DNA of 64,000 nt from positions 1 to 64,000 of the IMG/VR virus record IMGVR_UViG_3300020084_000003, one strand, 5' to 3'. Positions 46,602 through 56,662 of this stretch are shown here, piece after piece. The notes under the pieces were generated by a model that ran no database searches, had not been told where the DNA came from, and saw nothing but the letters and a program-made list of their open reading frames with translations. Made by a program: the position numbers and the translations under genes. Numbering within the stretch: position 1 is the first letter of the stretch; the number at the start of each line of letters is the position of its first letter.

Positions 46602-47264
46602 ATGATAATATCGCAGAAGACTTTGCAGATTTTGAAAAACTTTCAGGGAATCAACAAGTCTCTTCTTATCAAACCGGGAAGCGAAATTAGGACCATATCA
46701 GAACATGGTTCTATTTTCGCCATTGCCAGAGTGGAAGAGGATTTTCCGAAAGAAGTTGGTATCTATGAATTGAATAAATTACTAAGCACCATTGCACTTT
46801 ATGACGAGCCAACCGTCATCTTTGGTGATAAATATATCGAAGTGTCCGAAAAGAACAAGAAAAGAAATACTAAACTTGTTCATACCGCACCTTCAATGAT
46901 ACATTCTCCCCCATATGATAAAACTCCCAAAATCCATGAGGAAAATGTGAAGTTTATTCTGTCGCAGGAAGATTTCACAGCTATCATGAAAAACGCTGCC
47001 AATTTGGGCGTTGAAGATTTTGAAATTAAAGCTGACGGGGAGAAGCTGTATGTTGGTGTATCTGACACTAACAATGTTACATCTGACGTTTTTTATATTG
47101 AATTGGGCGAAACTGAACAAAAGTTCAGATTTGTAATCAGCACCAACAATATCAAATTCATTCCAAGTGAGTATGTCATAACCGTTGGATCAGGCAAAGT
47201 TACCTTTGAAAATGACAGCATTACTTATTATGTTGCATTGGACTCAACTAAATCTAAAATGTAA
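46602..47264 (+). CDS. gp45: sliding clamp
   Basis: IS..T..ILKNF..IN.S, IYELNKLL; position next to gp44. Confidence 0.92.
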   Translation: MIISQKTLQILKNFQGINKSLLIKPGSEIRTISEHGSIFAIARVEEDFPKEVGIYELNKLLSTIALYDEPTVIFGDKYIEVSEKNKKRNTKLVHTAPSMIHSPPYDKTPKIHEENVKFILSQEDFTAIMKNAANLGVEDFEIKADGEKLYVGVSDTNNVTSDVFYIELGETEQKFRFVISTNNIKFIPSEYVITVGSGKVTFENDSITYYVALDSTKSKM

Positions 47265-47276
47265 AAGGAATAATAA

Positions 47277-47549
47277 ATGGCTAAAAGAGAAAGAAAAGAA
47301 GAAATTATAGAAGTGGACATTCCAGAAAGAGAAGACGATGTTGGAGAATCTGTTGGCGGTGATGCTGCTCCAATGCTACCTCTAACAATAGAAGGTGCGT
47401 TGTTCTTCCTTAACCTAATGGAATATGCTGCTAAAAATGGCGCGTTTAATATCGAACAGTATTCACAAGTATCAGAAACCCACGCCGCTGTTGTAGGATT
47501 TTTGGTAGCAAACGATGTTCTTCAAGCCAACGAAGGAGATGATAACTAA
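47277..47549 (+). CDS. conserved hypothetical protein
   Basis: 90 aa; GAF motif; SD AAGGA. Confidence 0.7.
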   Translation: MAKRERKEEIIEVDIPEREDDVGESVGGDAAPMLPLTIEGALFFLNLMEYAAKNGAFNIEQYSQVSETHAAVVGFLVANDVLQANEGDDN

Positions 47550-47551
47550 GG

Positions 47552-47607
47552 TTGACTTTAACTTGTTAATATGGTATAATACAGGGGCGAATGTAAAAAT
47601 TCGCCCC
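47552..47607 (+). promoter_or_regulatory. consensus sigma70 promoter followed by a 5' hairpin
   Basis: TTGACT-17-TATAAT; GGGGCGAAT-GTAAAA-ATTCGCCCC. Confidence 0.75.
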
Positions 47608-47629
47608 ATTTTGAAAGGAATATTTTATT

Positions 47630-48571
47630 ATGAATAAAGATGAAACTTGGTCTGAGAAATACCGCCCAAAAACTATTGATGATGCTATCTTACCAAAAGA
47701 GATTAAAGAAAAATTCAAAAGTTACATACAAGCTGGTCAATTCCCCAATTTGGTTCTTAGTGGACCATCTGGCACAGGAAAGACCACAGCGGCATTAGCT
47801 CTAGTTTCTGAGCTTGATTGTGATAATTATTTTGTAAACGGTTCACTAAACGCTGGTATTGATCGACTGAGACATGATATAACCAATTTTGCTTCCACTA
47901 TTTCTTTTAGTGGAAAAAAGAAGGTTGTAATCATTGATGAAGCTGACGCAATGCCGAAATCAACGCAGTTGGGGTTCAGAAGCTTCACCAAACAATTTGA
48001 CGCAAACTGTAGCTTCATATTTACATGTAACTATAAGAAAAAACTTCTACCCGCTTTGATTTCACGTTTCGCTGAGATTGATTTCCATGTGGTAGAAGAT
48101 GAAAAGGCCGTGATGGCGTCAAAATTCATGAAAAGAACTGGCGAGGTTCTGGAAATGGAAAACGTGACATACGATAAAAAAGTCTTGGCACAGGTAATCA
48201 TGAAATATTACCCAGACTTTAGGAAAGTGTTGGTTGAAATTCAAGCCTACGTCAAAGACGGGCATCGCGTTCTGGATGCTGGCATTTTTGCTTCGATGAA
48301 GCATATTGATGTTAACCTAGTGTATGACTTTTTGAAGAACAAAGATTTTGACAGTATGCGCGAGTGGGTTGCCGAAAACAGTGACCAAGAGGCAAGTCTT
48401 ATTTTTAGAGAATTGTATGACAACTCAAAAGATCGCGTAGAACCTTCCACAATTCCAAACTTGGTAATGATCTTGGCTGAATATCAGTATAAAGATGCTT
48501 TGGTTGCCGATCCTGAAATCAACTTGGTTGCTTGTCTTGCAGAAATGATGGTGGAGTTATCCTTCAAATGA
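47630..48571 (+). CDS. gp44: clamp loader large subunit
   Basis: W.EKYRP, GPSGTGKT, IDEAD, TCN, YPDFR. Confidence 0.96.
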   Translation: MNKDETWSEKYRPKTIDDAILPKEIKEKFKSYIQAGQFPNLVLSGPSGTGKTTAALALVSELDCDNYFVNGSLNAGIDRLRHDITNFASTISFSGKKKVVIIDEADAMPKSTQLGFRSFTKQFDANCSFIFTCNYKKKLLPALISRFAEIDFHVVEDEKAVMASKFMKRTGEVLEMENVTYDKKVLAQVIMKYYPDFRKVLVEIQAYVKDGHRVLDAGIFASMKHIDVNLVYDFLKNKDFDSMREWVAENSDQEASLIFRELYDNSKDRVEPSTIPNLVMILAEYQYKDALVADPEINLVACLAEMMVELSFK

Positions 48572-48744
48572 GTGGATTTTCTTCATTGTTTAAAGCAAAG
48601 CGTGTTACATGCGTGTGCTGTAACAGAAGCGTTAAAGATAAAAATTTAGCGAAGATTGTGATAAAGACCGGTGATGGTGAGGTTTTGCGTAAAGTTTGCA
48701 AAGATTGTGAAGTAATTTTAAATGGAGTGAGCAAAGATGGATGA
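48568..48744 (+). CDS. small Cys-rich hypothetical protein
   Basis: CVCC and CKDC; ATGA overlap with gp44. Confidence 0.6.
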   Translation: MSGFSSLFKAKRVTCVCCNRSVKDKNLAKIVIKTGDGEVLRKVCKDCEVILNGVSKDG

Positions 48745-49117
48745 AGAAAAGAAGCTGACGCCATTCGATTACGTCAAGTCCATTAACAATACTAAAAAGT
48801 ATATCTTTGATGACGGTGAAGGCTACAATGCCTTTATTGTCAACAAGCAATTGTCCTATTTTCACGATACTGTCTTGTATGCTAATGATGTAAACTTATC
48901 TTATGAGCTTACGGATGAACAGAAATATGATTATCTTTTCCATTCAATTAGAAAGAGAGATAGGTTCAAGAGTTGGCGCAAAGATAGCAATAAGAAAACT
49001 TTAGAAAATATAATGGAATATTATAGGTGCAGTAGTAAGGTAGCGAAACAATATATCAGAACCCTTACTGCCGATGAATTAGAAAATATAAATAATATAA
49101 TGGCACAACGCCAGTGA
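48737..49117 (+). CDS. gp62: clamp loader small subunit
   Basis: PFDY.KSIN, YN.F.VN..LSY..D.V.YAN. Confidence 0.92.
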   Translation: MDEEKKLTPFDYVKSINNTKKYIFDDGEGYNAFIVNKQLSYFHDTVLYANDVNLSYELTDEQKYDYLFHSIRKRDRFKSWRKDSNKKTLENIMEYYRCSSKVAKQYIRTLTADELENINNIMAQRQ

Positions 49118-49149
49118 TAAATTGTAATAATTATATAGGTGAAATTATA

Positions 49150-49548
49150 ATGGAAGACATTTTTAAAGGTGTCGGGGTTGAAGTAGAATTATATTCCCCT
49201 GACGATTTCTTAAAAATTAAAGAAACTCTGACAAGAATAGGCATTGCATCTAAAAAAGACAAGACTCTTTTTCAGTCATGCCATATCCTCCACAAAAGAG
49301 GCAAATATGCTATTCTTCATTTTAAAGAGCTATTTAAATTAGACGGTAAAATGACTGATATTTCCGAAGAGGATATATCTAGACGTGATTCGATTGCGCT
49401 ACTTTTAGATGAATGGAATCTCCTAAAGGTTGTAGGAGTTGACCGTGAAGATGATAGAGTTGATTTGAAACAAATTAAAATCGTTCCTTTCAAAGAGAAA
49501 AAGGATTGGAACTTGGAAACAAAATATAGTATTGGAAGGAAGAGATAA
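49150..49548 (+). CDS. regA: translational repressor RegA
   Basis: DDFLKIKETLTRIGIA..QSCHILHK.GKY.I.HFKELF. Confidence 0.97.
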   Translation: MEDIFKGVGVEVELYSPDDFLKIKETLTRIGIASKKDKTLFQSCHILHKRGKYAILHFKELFKLDGKMTDISEEDISRRDSIALLLDEWNLLKVVGVDREDDRVDLKQIKIVPFKEKKDWNLETKYSIGRKR

Positions 49549-50066
49549 TGAGATATTATAAGGTAGACGCTGATGCAGTGCCAGATTTGGAATTTGAACA
49601 CGATCATTCCACTTTATTCAAACTACGTTCGTTTATAACACCAAAAAGCGAAGTTGTAGCATACAACCCACATCAAAAAGGACACTCCGTCCCTGTAAGA
49701 TTGAAAAATGATGTTCCATACATTTCAATCCAGCCGCAGTTTAGAGTTCTGGTATCCACTGGTATTGTATTCAGTATACCAACAAAATTCCAACTTAGAG
49801 TAACTTCAAACAAAGCTTTGGCTCTATCTAACGGAATTACATTGCTAAACGGAACTGAGATTTACGACAATGATTATACCGAAGAATTGAGACTGACTCT
49901 TTTCAATAACAGCGATACTCCTGTTCACATTTTCAATAACGAAGTAATTGCAGAGGCTACCTTGAATAAAGTTCTAGAATATACATTAGAACCTACATCT
50001 AGAAAAGTTGCTGTCAAGAATGTCGAATCAACTGAACCAGAAGACGAAGACAAAACAGACGAATAA
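49548..50066 (+). CDS. trimeric dUTPase-fold protein with degenerate motifs
   Basis: R.LVSTG..F.IP, L.L.NG..I.D.DY.EE frame; motifs 1, 2 and 5 lost. Confidence 0.7.
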   Translation: MRYYKVDADAVPDLEFEHDHSTLFKLRSFITPKSEVVAYNPHQKGHSVPVRLKNDVPYISIQPQFRVLVSTGIVFSIPTKFQLRVTSNKALALSNGITLLNGTEIYDNDYTEELRLTLFNNSDTPVHIFNNEVIAEATLNKVLEYTLEPTSRKVAVKNVESTEPEDEDKTDE

Positions 50067-50090
50067 AAAAGGGGCCAATTGGCCCCTTTT
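50065..50090. terminator. bidirectional intrinsic terminator
   Basis: AAAAAAGGGGCC-AATT-GGCCCCTTTT between convergent operons. Confidence 0.9.
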
Positions 50091-50093
50091 CTT

Positions 50094-52277
50094 TTATTGA
50101 ATTCCCGGTCCTATGTATTGAGGCGGGCTGGATACAAAGTTATTAACACTACTATCAACTGGACCGCTTGTTGTATTAGTTATGTTGGTTCGGTTGTCAT
50201 TGTTTATTATAGTTGGTGATGATGTTCTATACTTGCTTTGCAGTCTTTCATCTACAGCATTCAAATCCAAGTTTCTAACAATTTCAGCAATGTTTCCTTG
50301 TGCTTGTCTCAAATCTTCAATAGCATTTCCAGTATCAACAAACACTGGCTGCTGTTCCATACCATAGTTTCCGTTTATATTCAGCATTTTGTTGAAGAAT
50401 TCTTGTGCGCGAGGATTTGTTCTCATCCATGCAATCACGTCTTCATCATTAGGCAAAAACTCTTCGCCTCTCTCATTTTCATACTGTTGTCTAATTGCAT
50501 GATATTCTAAGTCAGGATCGGTTATTCCACTAGAGAAATTAACTCCCAGATCATAAGGATTTCTCATGATTTCAGACAATAGACCTTTACCATCATTGGA
50601 GGTCCAGAATGAAGTGTTTCCTATATTTTGAGAAAGAATTCTACCAAAGTCTATCGCTTCCATGTCAGGAAACTTGCTTGCCAATTCTCTAATCAATTCC
50701 TGTGCTGCATCAATTTTTTCTTGTTCAGTTAGGTCATTGTTGTATTGGATGTTGTCAAACTGCCCGGTCAAATCTTCTTTGTTTTCTCTGATATAATCGG
50801 CCACATTTTGGTTTCTGGCAACATCAACTATTTCTAATCCGGGGGTTCTACTCGCATCCTCGGTAAGAATTTTATTGATTGCTTCCACAACTTTTTTATC
50901 GCCAATTCTCTCAGCCTCTTGCAATGAACTAATAAGTCCTGTTTTTTCCATGCTGGAAAGCACAAAATCTTCATTTTCTAATTGTTTTTGTAATATATCT
51001 TGTGCGTCTTGCATTTTATCTTCAATAACGCCTCTAGAATTTGTTATGTAAGAAATAAGTTTCTCACCAATAACCCAAGTCAAACCAATAGCTGCGCCTG
51101 CCAACATCCCGGTTGGTCCAAACATTGCACCATAAGTCGCAGATGTTACAACAAAATTTGCACTATCTTTAATATCGGCAACCATGTCTTCCGGTGCGCC
51201 CATTGCATCTGCGGCAGAACCTAACGCACTTGCTGCCAGAGTGCCAACAATTCCAGTGGCAATAGAAAGCAAACCATTACGAAGAAATGGTATTTTACTT
51301 AAAAATCCTCTTCTTGCAGCATCTCTTGCCACGTCAGAACCGCCGCCTGCTATGTTAGCGGCAGCGGTTGCTGCCAAAGATGCGCCTTTTCCTGCTGCCA
51401 AATTTTTAGTTAGATAAATCACAGAACCAGTTATAATGGCTCCAAACATATCTCCCAACTGCAATCCAAGAAAACCTAAATCAATATTAAGATCGAAATT
51501 GTCAAGCATATTATTGGCAAATGTAAAAGCGCCCCCTGCTATCAATCCGTAAAGACCTAGTTTTTTGCTAAAAGCTCGTCCTATTGCACCCCAAAGCATA
51601 CCACTTTTAAGAGGTTCTATAATAGGCTCAAGCAAAGCACCCAATATTGGTATTTTATCTATTTCATAATCATAAAATGCAGATTCAAGAAATTCACCGG
51701 CCAAGTCTGCCGCTACCATGCCACCCATCGCAGCAATAACTCTAAGTGGAAGTGCAGCTATTGCCAGTAATGGTCCTAGTGCGCCCAGAACTCCCATGAA
51801 TGAGCTTCCAGAACCATTTTTGTCCATAATAGGCTTTGGATTATTTTTTGGTTCTTTGTCTCTTCTTTTACGATCTTCACGATCTTCCGATTCCTGAATT
51901 CTATTCTGAATTTCTATATTTCTAAGTCTATCATGTTCGATGTATGTTTCGTTCAAGATATTCTTCAATATACTTGTTTGAATTTCCATCTCAGAATTAA
52001 TAGACTTGAAAGTATCATTAAACTTATCTAATCTTAATCCGATAGAACGTATAGAGTTGGTGCCAGTATTTCGTAGTAACTGGCCCTCATTCGTAATTTT
52101 ATCTACTAATTTTTTAGTGTTGTCGGAAAAGTTCTTGGCAAGTCTTTCGGTATCTGACATTGCAGTAGAATCATTTTGATCGCTCTGAGGTTTGGAGGCG
52201 ACAGAACGTTTGGAGGAAGACTTCTTTCCACCATCCGATTTATTTGTTTGGTCGTTTGTGCCGCCATTCTCTGCCAT
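50094..52277 (-). CDS. tape-measure-like protein (gp29 position)
   Basis: 727 aa, helical with Ala/Gly-rich hydrophobic middle; lies after gp26-gp51. Confidence 0.6.
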   Translation of the reverse strand: MAENGGTNDQTNKSDGGKKSSSKRSVASKPQSDQNDSTAMSDTERLAKNFSDNTKKLVDKITNEGQLLRNTGTNSIRSIGLRLDKFNDTFKSINSEMEIQTSILKNILNETYIEHDRLRNIEIQNRIQESEDREDRKRRDKEPKNNPKPIMDKNGSGSSFMGVLGALGPLLAIAALPLRVIAAMGGMVAADLAGEFLESAFYDYEIDKIPILGALLEPIIEPLKSGMLWGAIGRAFSKKLGLYGLIAGGAFTFANNMLDNFDLNIDLGFLGLQLGDMFGAIITGSVIYLTKNLAAGKGASLAATAAANIAGGGSDVARDAARRGFLSKIPFLRNGLLSIATGIVGTLAASALGSAADAMGAPEDMVADIKDSANFVVTSATYGAMFGPTGMLAGAAIGLTWVIGEKLISYITNSRGVIEDKMQDAQDILQKQLENEDFVLSSMEKTGLISSLQEAERIGDKKVVEAINKILTEDASRTPGLEIVDVARNQNVADYIRENKEDLTGQFDNIQYNNDLTEQEKIDAAQELIRELASKFPDMEAIDFGRILSQNIGNTSFWTSNDGKGLLSEIMRNPYDLGVNFSSGITDPDLEYHAIRQQYENERGEEFLPNDEDVIAWMRTNPRAQEFFNKMLNINGNYGMEQQPVFVDTGNAIEDLRQAQGNIAEIVRNLDLNAVDERLQSKYRTSSPTIINNDNRTNITNTTSGPVDSSVNNFVSSPPQYIGPGIQ

Positions 52278-52282
52278 TTAAA

Positions 52283-52465
52283 TTATCCTTTTGACTGCTC
52301 TAATCTTTTTTGTTCAACTTCTTGAAGATGGTCCACCAATAGAGTATGAAATATATCACGTTCATATGGGAACATATCATCTAGGTCTGCTTTTGAGTAT
52401 TTATGATGCTGAATCAACGAAAACTGAACTTTATAGAATAGAAACAAGTCCATATGACTCAGCAT
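52283..52465 (-). CDS. gp51: baseplate hub assembly protein
   Basis: F.L.QHHKYS..DL..M.PYERDI. Confidence 0.85.
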   Translation of the reverse strand: MLSHMDLFLFYKVQFSLIQHHKYSKADLDDMFPYERDIFHTLLVDHLQEVEQKRLEQSKG

Positions 52466-53184
52466 TAGATAAAAAAAGTTTCTGTTCCTTCTATGACAAA
52501 TGATTTTTCTTTACCCAGATTATTAGTATATTTTATCTCATGTCTAATTCTTGGTGTTGTTTGGAAGAATTCATTCATCGCTGCAACAGCCTTTGGATCA
52601 AGATCGTCTAGGAAATCACCAATGCTTTCATTTGTTTCGTTTGTGAAATCATATGTTGTTTCTGTAGAAACTAATTTATCCAAACAGCTAACCAAAATGT
52701 TGTATGAACGCTCCACTTCTGGCAAATCGCTTTTGTCAACTTCCATTATAGCATTTATTGTTGGGTATCTCATTACCAACATGTAATCGTCATTCAATTT
52801 TATTTTGTTTGAATGGTTTGGATATGTCTTTACTTCTATATTTTCCAAGTTCAATTTTAGAGTGACTGTTTCATCAGTCTCGTCATCTTTGATTTTGAAC
52901 TCGATTTCGTTGTCAACTGATCTTGATCTAATTCTCAAAAGAAGATATTCAATATCAAAAATAGGAAGTGTTTCCACGTCAAAAACATCTTTTTCTTTCT
53001 TCGCCCTCACACAGTTGTTCAGGATTTGCTTTGCGGAAAGAATTGCTTGTTCAAAATTCTTTGACTGTTTTGCTATAAGAAGTATTTTTTCTTCTTTAAC
53101 AGTATATGGTCTATATAGAATTTCCATTCCATTTGAAGGTAGCTTGTCTTCATAAAGAGGCATCTGTATCTTAGGTAGCGCCAT
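52465..53184 (-). CDS. gp26: baseplate hub subunit
   Basis: ALPKI..P.Y..LPS..YRPYTVKEEKILL, R.RSV. Confidence 0.9.
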   Translation of the reverse strand: MALPKIQMPLYEDKLPSNGMEILYRPYTVKEEKILLIAKQSKNFEQAILSAKQILNNCVRAKKEKDVFDVETLPIFDIEYLLLRIRSRSVDNEIEFKIKDDETDETVTLKLNLENIEVKTYPNHSNKIKLNDDYMLVMRYPTINAIMEVDKSDLPEVERSYNILVSCLDKLVSTETTYDFTNETNESIGDFLDDLDPKAVAAMNEFFQTTPRIRHEIKYTNNLGKEKSFVIEGTETFFI

Positions 53185-53198
53185 TCATTAATACTCCA

Positions 53199-53951
53199 TT
53201 ATAATAATTTGTCTAATAGTTTCTTGCCGTCATTATAGACGCGCTGTTTTATTCTTGTTTCGATATCAATAAAGTCTCGCAAAGTAGCGGAACGTGAATC
53301 GTTTGTGTGCATTGTTTTGCCGGGCTGGAAATATACGCCACTAATACCCTGCTTCAATCTATCAAGGGCTTCTGACCCATTTCCGGTTGCGCCAGCTTCC
53401 AGTTGCATACCGGAATATGAAAACTGAACTGGCATACTCACGTAATTATCATTATCATCCCAAGCTAGGTTAAGGGAAGTGACGTTTGTAGGAAATGCGT
53501 TAAAATATCTCGCTACATATTTATCATTGATATTGTCAGAACTGTAAAACCATATTTCCATAGTGGTTGCATAATCTTCCATATAACCAATTTCATACGC
53601 TGACATTCCATTGACGGTCATGTTAGGATTGCTAACATCATAATTTATAATTTCCTGCATCCATGCATGGAAAAAGCCCATCACTGCATGATTTGAATCC
53701 AGCATGAATGTGCAATTCAAAGGCTCAGATGAAATTCCATATGGTAGCATTTGAGGCAAACCATAGTTATTGTTAGCGTATTCAAATGTCTTTAGGTTCA
53801 AACCCGGTAAAGTTGTTTCTTTACAAAAAGCATGTAGATCGCCAATTCTCATTCTACCACGATCTTTGCCGTGTATAATAACTCTAAACAAGTTTGCTTT
53901 TGCAATGCCATTGTAGGCATTCAAGGTAGCTTTAAATTCGTTCATGTTCAT
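53199..53951 (-). CDS. tail tube initiator / tube-like protein (gp54/gp19 family)
   Basis: A..NLF.V, C....LPG, PYG, TF.LD, W.Q.I, AFP; start trimmed to MNMNEF. Confidence 0.75.
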   Translation of the reverse strand: MNMNEFKATLNAYNGIAKANLFRVIIHGKDRGRMRIGDLHAFCKETTLPGLNLKTFEYANNNYGLPQMLPYGISSEPLNCTFMLDSNHAVMGFFHAWMQEIINYDVSNPNMTVNGMSAYEIGYMEDYATTMEIWFYSSDNINDKYVARYFNAFPTNVTSLNLAWDDNDNYVSMPVQFSYSGMQLEAGATGNGSEALDRLKQGISGVYFQPGKTMHTNDSRSATLRDFIDIETRIKQRVYNDGKKLLDKLL

Positions 53952-54553
53952 TTTTTGATGTTCCTTCTGGAATCGGCCCAAACCTCTTCTTTGGACGCCT
54001 TTTTGAAACTTTCTACTGGCATGTATATTGCAGATTCCCATGCGCTCGGATGTATCTTCACAAACTCAGTTGTGAAATGTTTTCCCAAATATCTTTTTAT
54101 GCAAGGTTTAAAATATCGACTTTTTGCGACAGAAGCCAAAAGCTGATAGTTTATTTTCATTTTTGTTTTCTCGTCTAGATTTTTATTACTCACAGTTTCC
54201 ATTAGTGCATCTAGAAGCTTCGCTCTCATTGCAGGAGGAAGATAATGCAAATTAAGAGCTAGAATGCCGTCAGGATATCTTTCTATTGGTATTATTAATG
54301 GAAAGCTATCATAGTATTTCAGCGTATCTTTATGTTTAGGATCATAATGAACAAAATACATTTGTCCGGGTCCGACATTGGTCCACGACCTTATTTTGGT
54401 TGCACTTTCAGATTCAACTATCTTGCTTCCGCTGCGGCCTGAAATCTTGACAAGATTATCTCTGAACCAAGTAATTGATTCTTTTCTTTTAAATCTGCCT
54501 TTACCTTCGCTTACGTTTTTCTTCAATAAGTCTTGAAACAGTCTTCTAGCCAT
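53948..54553 (-). CDS. gp2: DNA end protector
   Basis: G.MYF..YDPK.K.TL.YYD.FPL, LNLHYLPP, K.Y. Confidence 0.92.
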   Translation of the reverse strand: MARRLFQDLLKKNVSEGKGRFKRKESITWFRDNLVKISGRSGSKIVESESATKIRSWTNVGPGQMYFVHYDPKHKDTLKYYDSFPLIIPIERYPDGILALNLHYLPPAMRAKLLDALMETVSNKNLDEKTKMKINYQLLASVAKSRYFKPCIKRYLGKHFTTEFVKIHPSAWESAIYMPVESFKKASKEEVWADSRRNIKK

Positions 54554-55014
54554 TATCTAACACCCAATTCTTTCTCAGTGAATATTTCAAAGTCCCAACC
54601 TTTATCGGCACAGAACTCCCTTGCGGCCTTCCATTTAGCTTCATTTATAGCATAAGTTGCAGCTTCGCGCAAGTATCTTCTAGAAGTTCTGCCAGTTTTT
54701 GTAGCATTTTTCTTGCTAGGATCGGGCGGCATTGTCTGCGCCTTGGGCTTTATTTCTATCATTATTGTTCTGGTTTTTTTTGTTTTAGGATCGCGCAATC
54801 TAACAATAACGTCAGGAAAATACCGATGAACCCTGTTATCTTTTGGTGAAACGTATGGTATGGCTAATTCTTCACTGGACCACCAAATCACTTCTGGCCG
54901 CCTGTCCAAATATCTAAAAAACTTCGCTTCCCATAGGGAGCGATAGACTATGTTGGATGCATCACCATTATATTTTTCTGGATTCTGCGGCCTGAACATA
55001 CCCTTGTATGCCAT
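54553..55014 (-). CDS. gp4: head completion nuclease
   Basis: Y.G.F.P.NP.KY.GD, YRS.WE, W.SEE..IPY, RYFPD, EIKP, KW.AA. Confidence 0.95.
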   Translation of the reverse strand: MAYKGMFRPQNPEKYNGDASNIVYRSLWEAKFFRYLDRRPEVIWWSSEELAIPYVSPKDNRVHRYFPDVIVRLRDPKTKKTRTIMIEIKPKAQTMPPDPSKKNATKTGRTSRRYLREAATYAINEAKWKAAREFCADKGWDFEIFTEKELGVR

Positions 55015-55031
55015 AATATTTCCTTTTTGGT

Positions 55032-55064
55032 TATAAATAGTCTTGACTGTCAGTAATATTTATA
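55032..55064. promoter_or_regulatory. face-to-face T4 late promoters
   Basis: TATAAATA on + at 55032-55039 and on - at 55064-55057. Confidence 0.85.
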
Positions 55065-55079
55065 AGGAAAATTTTCAAA

Positions 55080-56027
55080 ATGGCTACGAATATATCAAAT
55101 ATAGGAACATCTGTTCCAAAGCCAGTAAGATTGGACATGGACAATTACAGGAGAAATAGTTCAGCTTCAATGATGACATTTCCTACAGATTTGGGTGTCA
55201 ACTCTATGCTTATGGTATTTAGAAAGTATGAATACACTCCTGCTGGCACTATTGGTTTAAATTCTCTGCAAAGGGGCGATAGAGGCAACAGCGTTGTGCA
55301 AAGAGGATTGGACGCAGTTAATTTCCCAATTCCCACCAACCTTCAAGACCAAAACGAAGCCCGTCTTGGTAGATTTGATATGAGATACTTGGGTGACGTT
55401 GTAGCTCAGTCTTTTAACAGAGAAGATTTTGTTAAAATGACAAGTGCGGACGGTGCCGAGTTGTATAATATGATAAAAGGTGGAAATAAAGATGTTATGG
55501 ACGAAGCTGCATACTTGGCTAGATTTGCAGGCAGTGATTTTGCTAGAGCATTTAGTGCTGGTCGTGGTGTAGTTGCAAACCCTAAAGCATCTCTTGTCTA
55601 TGAAGGACATGAATTTAAACTGCATTCTTTCGTGTGGAATTTGGCCCCAAGATCAGAAGCAGATTCTATAATGTTGAAAAATATCACAGACGTTATTAAA
55701 AGAAATCAGCTACCCGCAACAGGTGGTCGAGTCGCAACAATGACATATTTGAGATATCCATCCATAGTAGACCTGTATCTTCTAGGTGTAGATCAAAACT
55801 TCTTCTACAAATTTAAACCGGCCATGCTAAGATCATTTAACATAAACTATTCTGGTCAGAACGCAGTCTCCATTTTGAGAGGCGGAAGACCGGCTAACGT
55901 AACAATAGAAATGAACTTCATCGAAACCGATATTCATTATAGTCATGAATATGGCGGCAGTATTGTGGATGATGTTGATATGGGCATAAATGATAATAGT
56001 AGATGGGGAACCGGCTCAGTAAGGTAA
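55080..56027 (+). CDS. gp48: baseplate tail tube cap
   Basis: PIP.NL.D, NP...YEG, F.W.LAPRS..D, L.YP, Y.G. Confidence 0.82.
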   Translation: MATNISNIGTSVPKPVRLDMDNYRRNSSASMMTFPTDLGVNSMLMVFRKYEYTPAGTIGLNSLQRGDRGNSVVQRGLDAVNFPIPTNLQDQNEARLGRFDMRYLGDVVAQSFNREDFVKMTSADGAELYNMIKGGNKDVMDEAAYLARFAGSDFARAFSAGRGVVANPKASLVYEGHEFKLHSFVWNLAPRSEADSIMLKNITDVIKRNQLPATGGRVATMTYLRYPSIVDLYLLGVDQNFFYKFKPAMLRSFNINYSGQNAVSILRGGRPANVTIEMNFIETDIHYSHEYGGSIVDDVDMGINDNSRWGTGSVR

Positions 56028-56039
56028 GGGGATTTAGAA

Positions 56040-56660
56040 ATGCCAACATATTTTAACCTGTTTCCAAAGGTAAAATACAACGATAAGAGTGTGGTGGATA
56101 TCACAAGAAAATCTTCTATGATTGAGGATGCGCTAAACAACAGCTTGTTGATATTGCCTTACACTGTAGTTGACGGCGAAAGACCGGAAGATATCGCATA
56201 TGCTTATTATGGAACGATTGAATACTATTGGGTCATATTGATGGTAAACAATATCAATAACTACTATGAAGATTGGGTGATGACTTCTGACGCATTCAAC
56301 AATTATCTTATGAAAAAGTATGAAGAGCAGTCGGGCAAAAAGGGCTATGAAGTCATATCTTGGACACAAAATGAAAAGATATTGGATAATGTTTTGTATT
56401 ATTTGGATGAAGACGGAATAGAAACATCTTTGGATACTATCATAATAAATCATGTCCCAAGGCAGTTTTGGGATCAGAGAAATACATTGGAAGGGCAGAA
56501 GTTTCTTATTGAAAACTTTATAAGTAATGTTGAAGGCTTTGAACCCATCAGAATATATGATTACGAATATATTTCAAACGAAAACAAAAGAAAAATCAAA
56601 GTAATAAACAAGAATTACATTGATAGAGTAATTCAAGATTTTAAAAATAGCATGAGGTAA
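56040..56660 (+). CDS. gp53: baseplate wedge protein
   Basis: YF..FP, GERPE.IAY.YYG..YYWVIL.VNNI. Confidence 0.92.
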   Translation: MPTYFNLFPKVKYNDKSVVDITRKSSMIEDALNNSLLILPYTVVDGERPEDIAYAYYGTIEYYWVILMVNNINNYYEDWVMTSDAFNNYLMKKYEEQSGKKGYEVISWTQNEKILDNVLYYLDEDGIETSLDTIIINHVPRQFWDQRNTLEGQKFLIENFISNVEGFEPIRIYDYEYISNENKRKIKVINKNYIDRVIQDFKNSMR

Positions 56661-56662
56661 TA

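Noticed and set aside
47584-47607. Hairpin before gp44 as a novel RNA
   Set aside because: A single 9-bp stem at a transcript 5' end is most simply a stabilising hairpin
18661-50090. Near-identical GGGCCAATTGGCCC palindromes at 18661 and 50065 as a mobile repeat
   Set aside because: Both sit right after stop codons with A/T tails and are adequately explained as terminators
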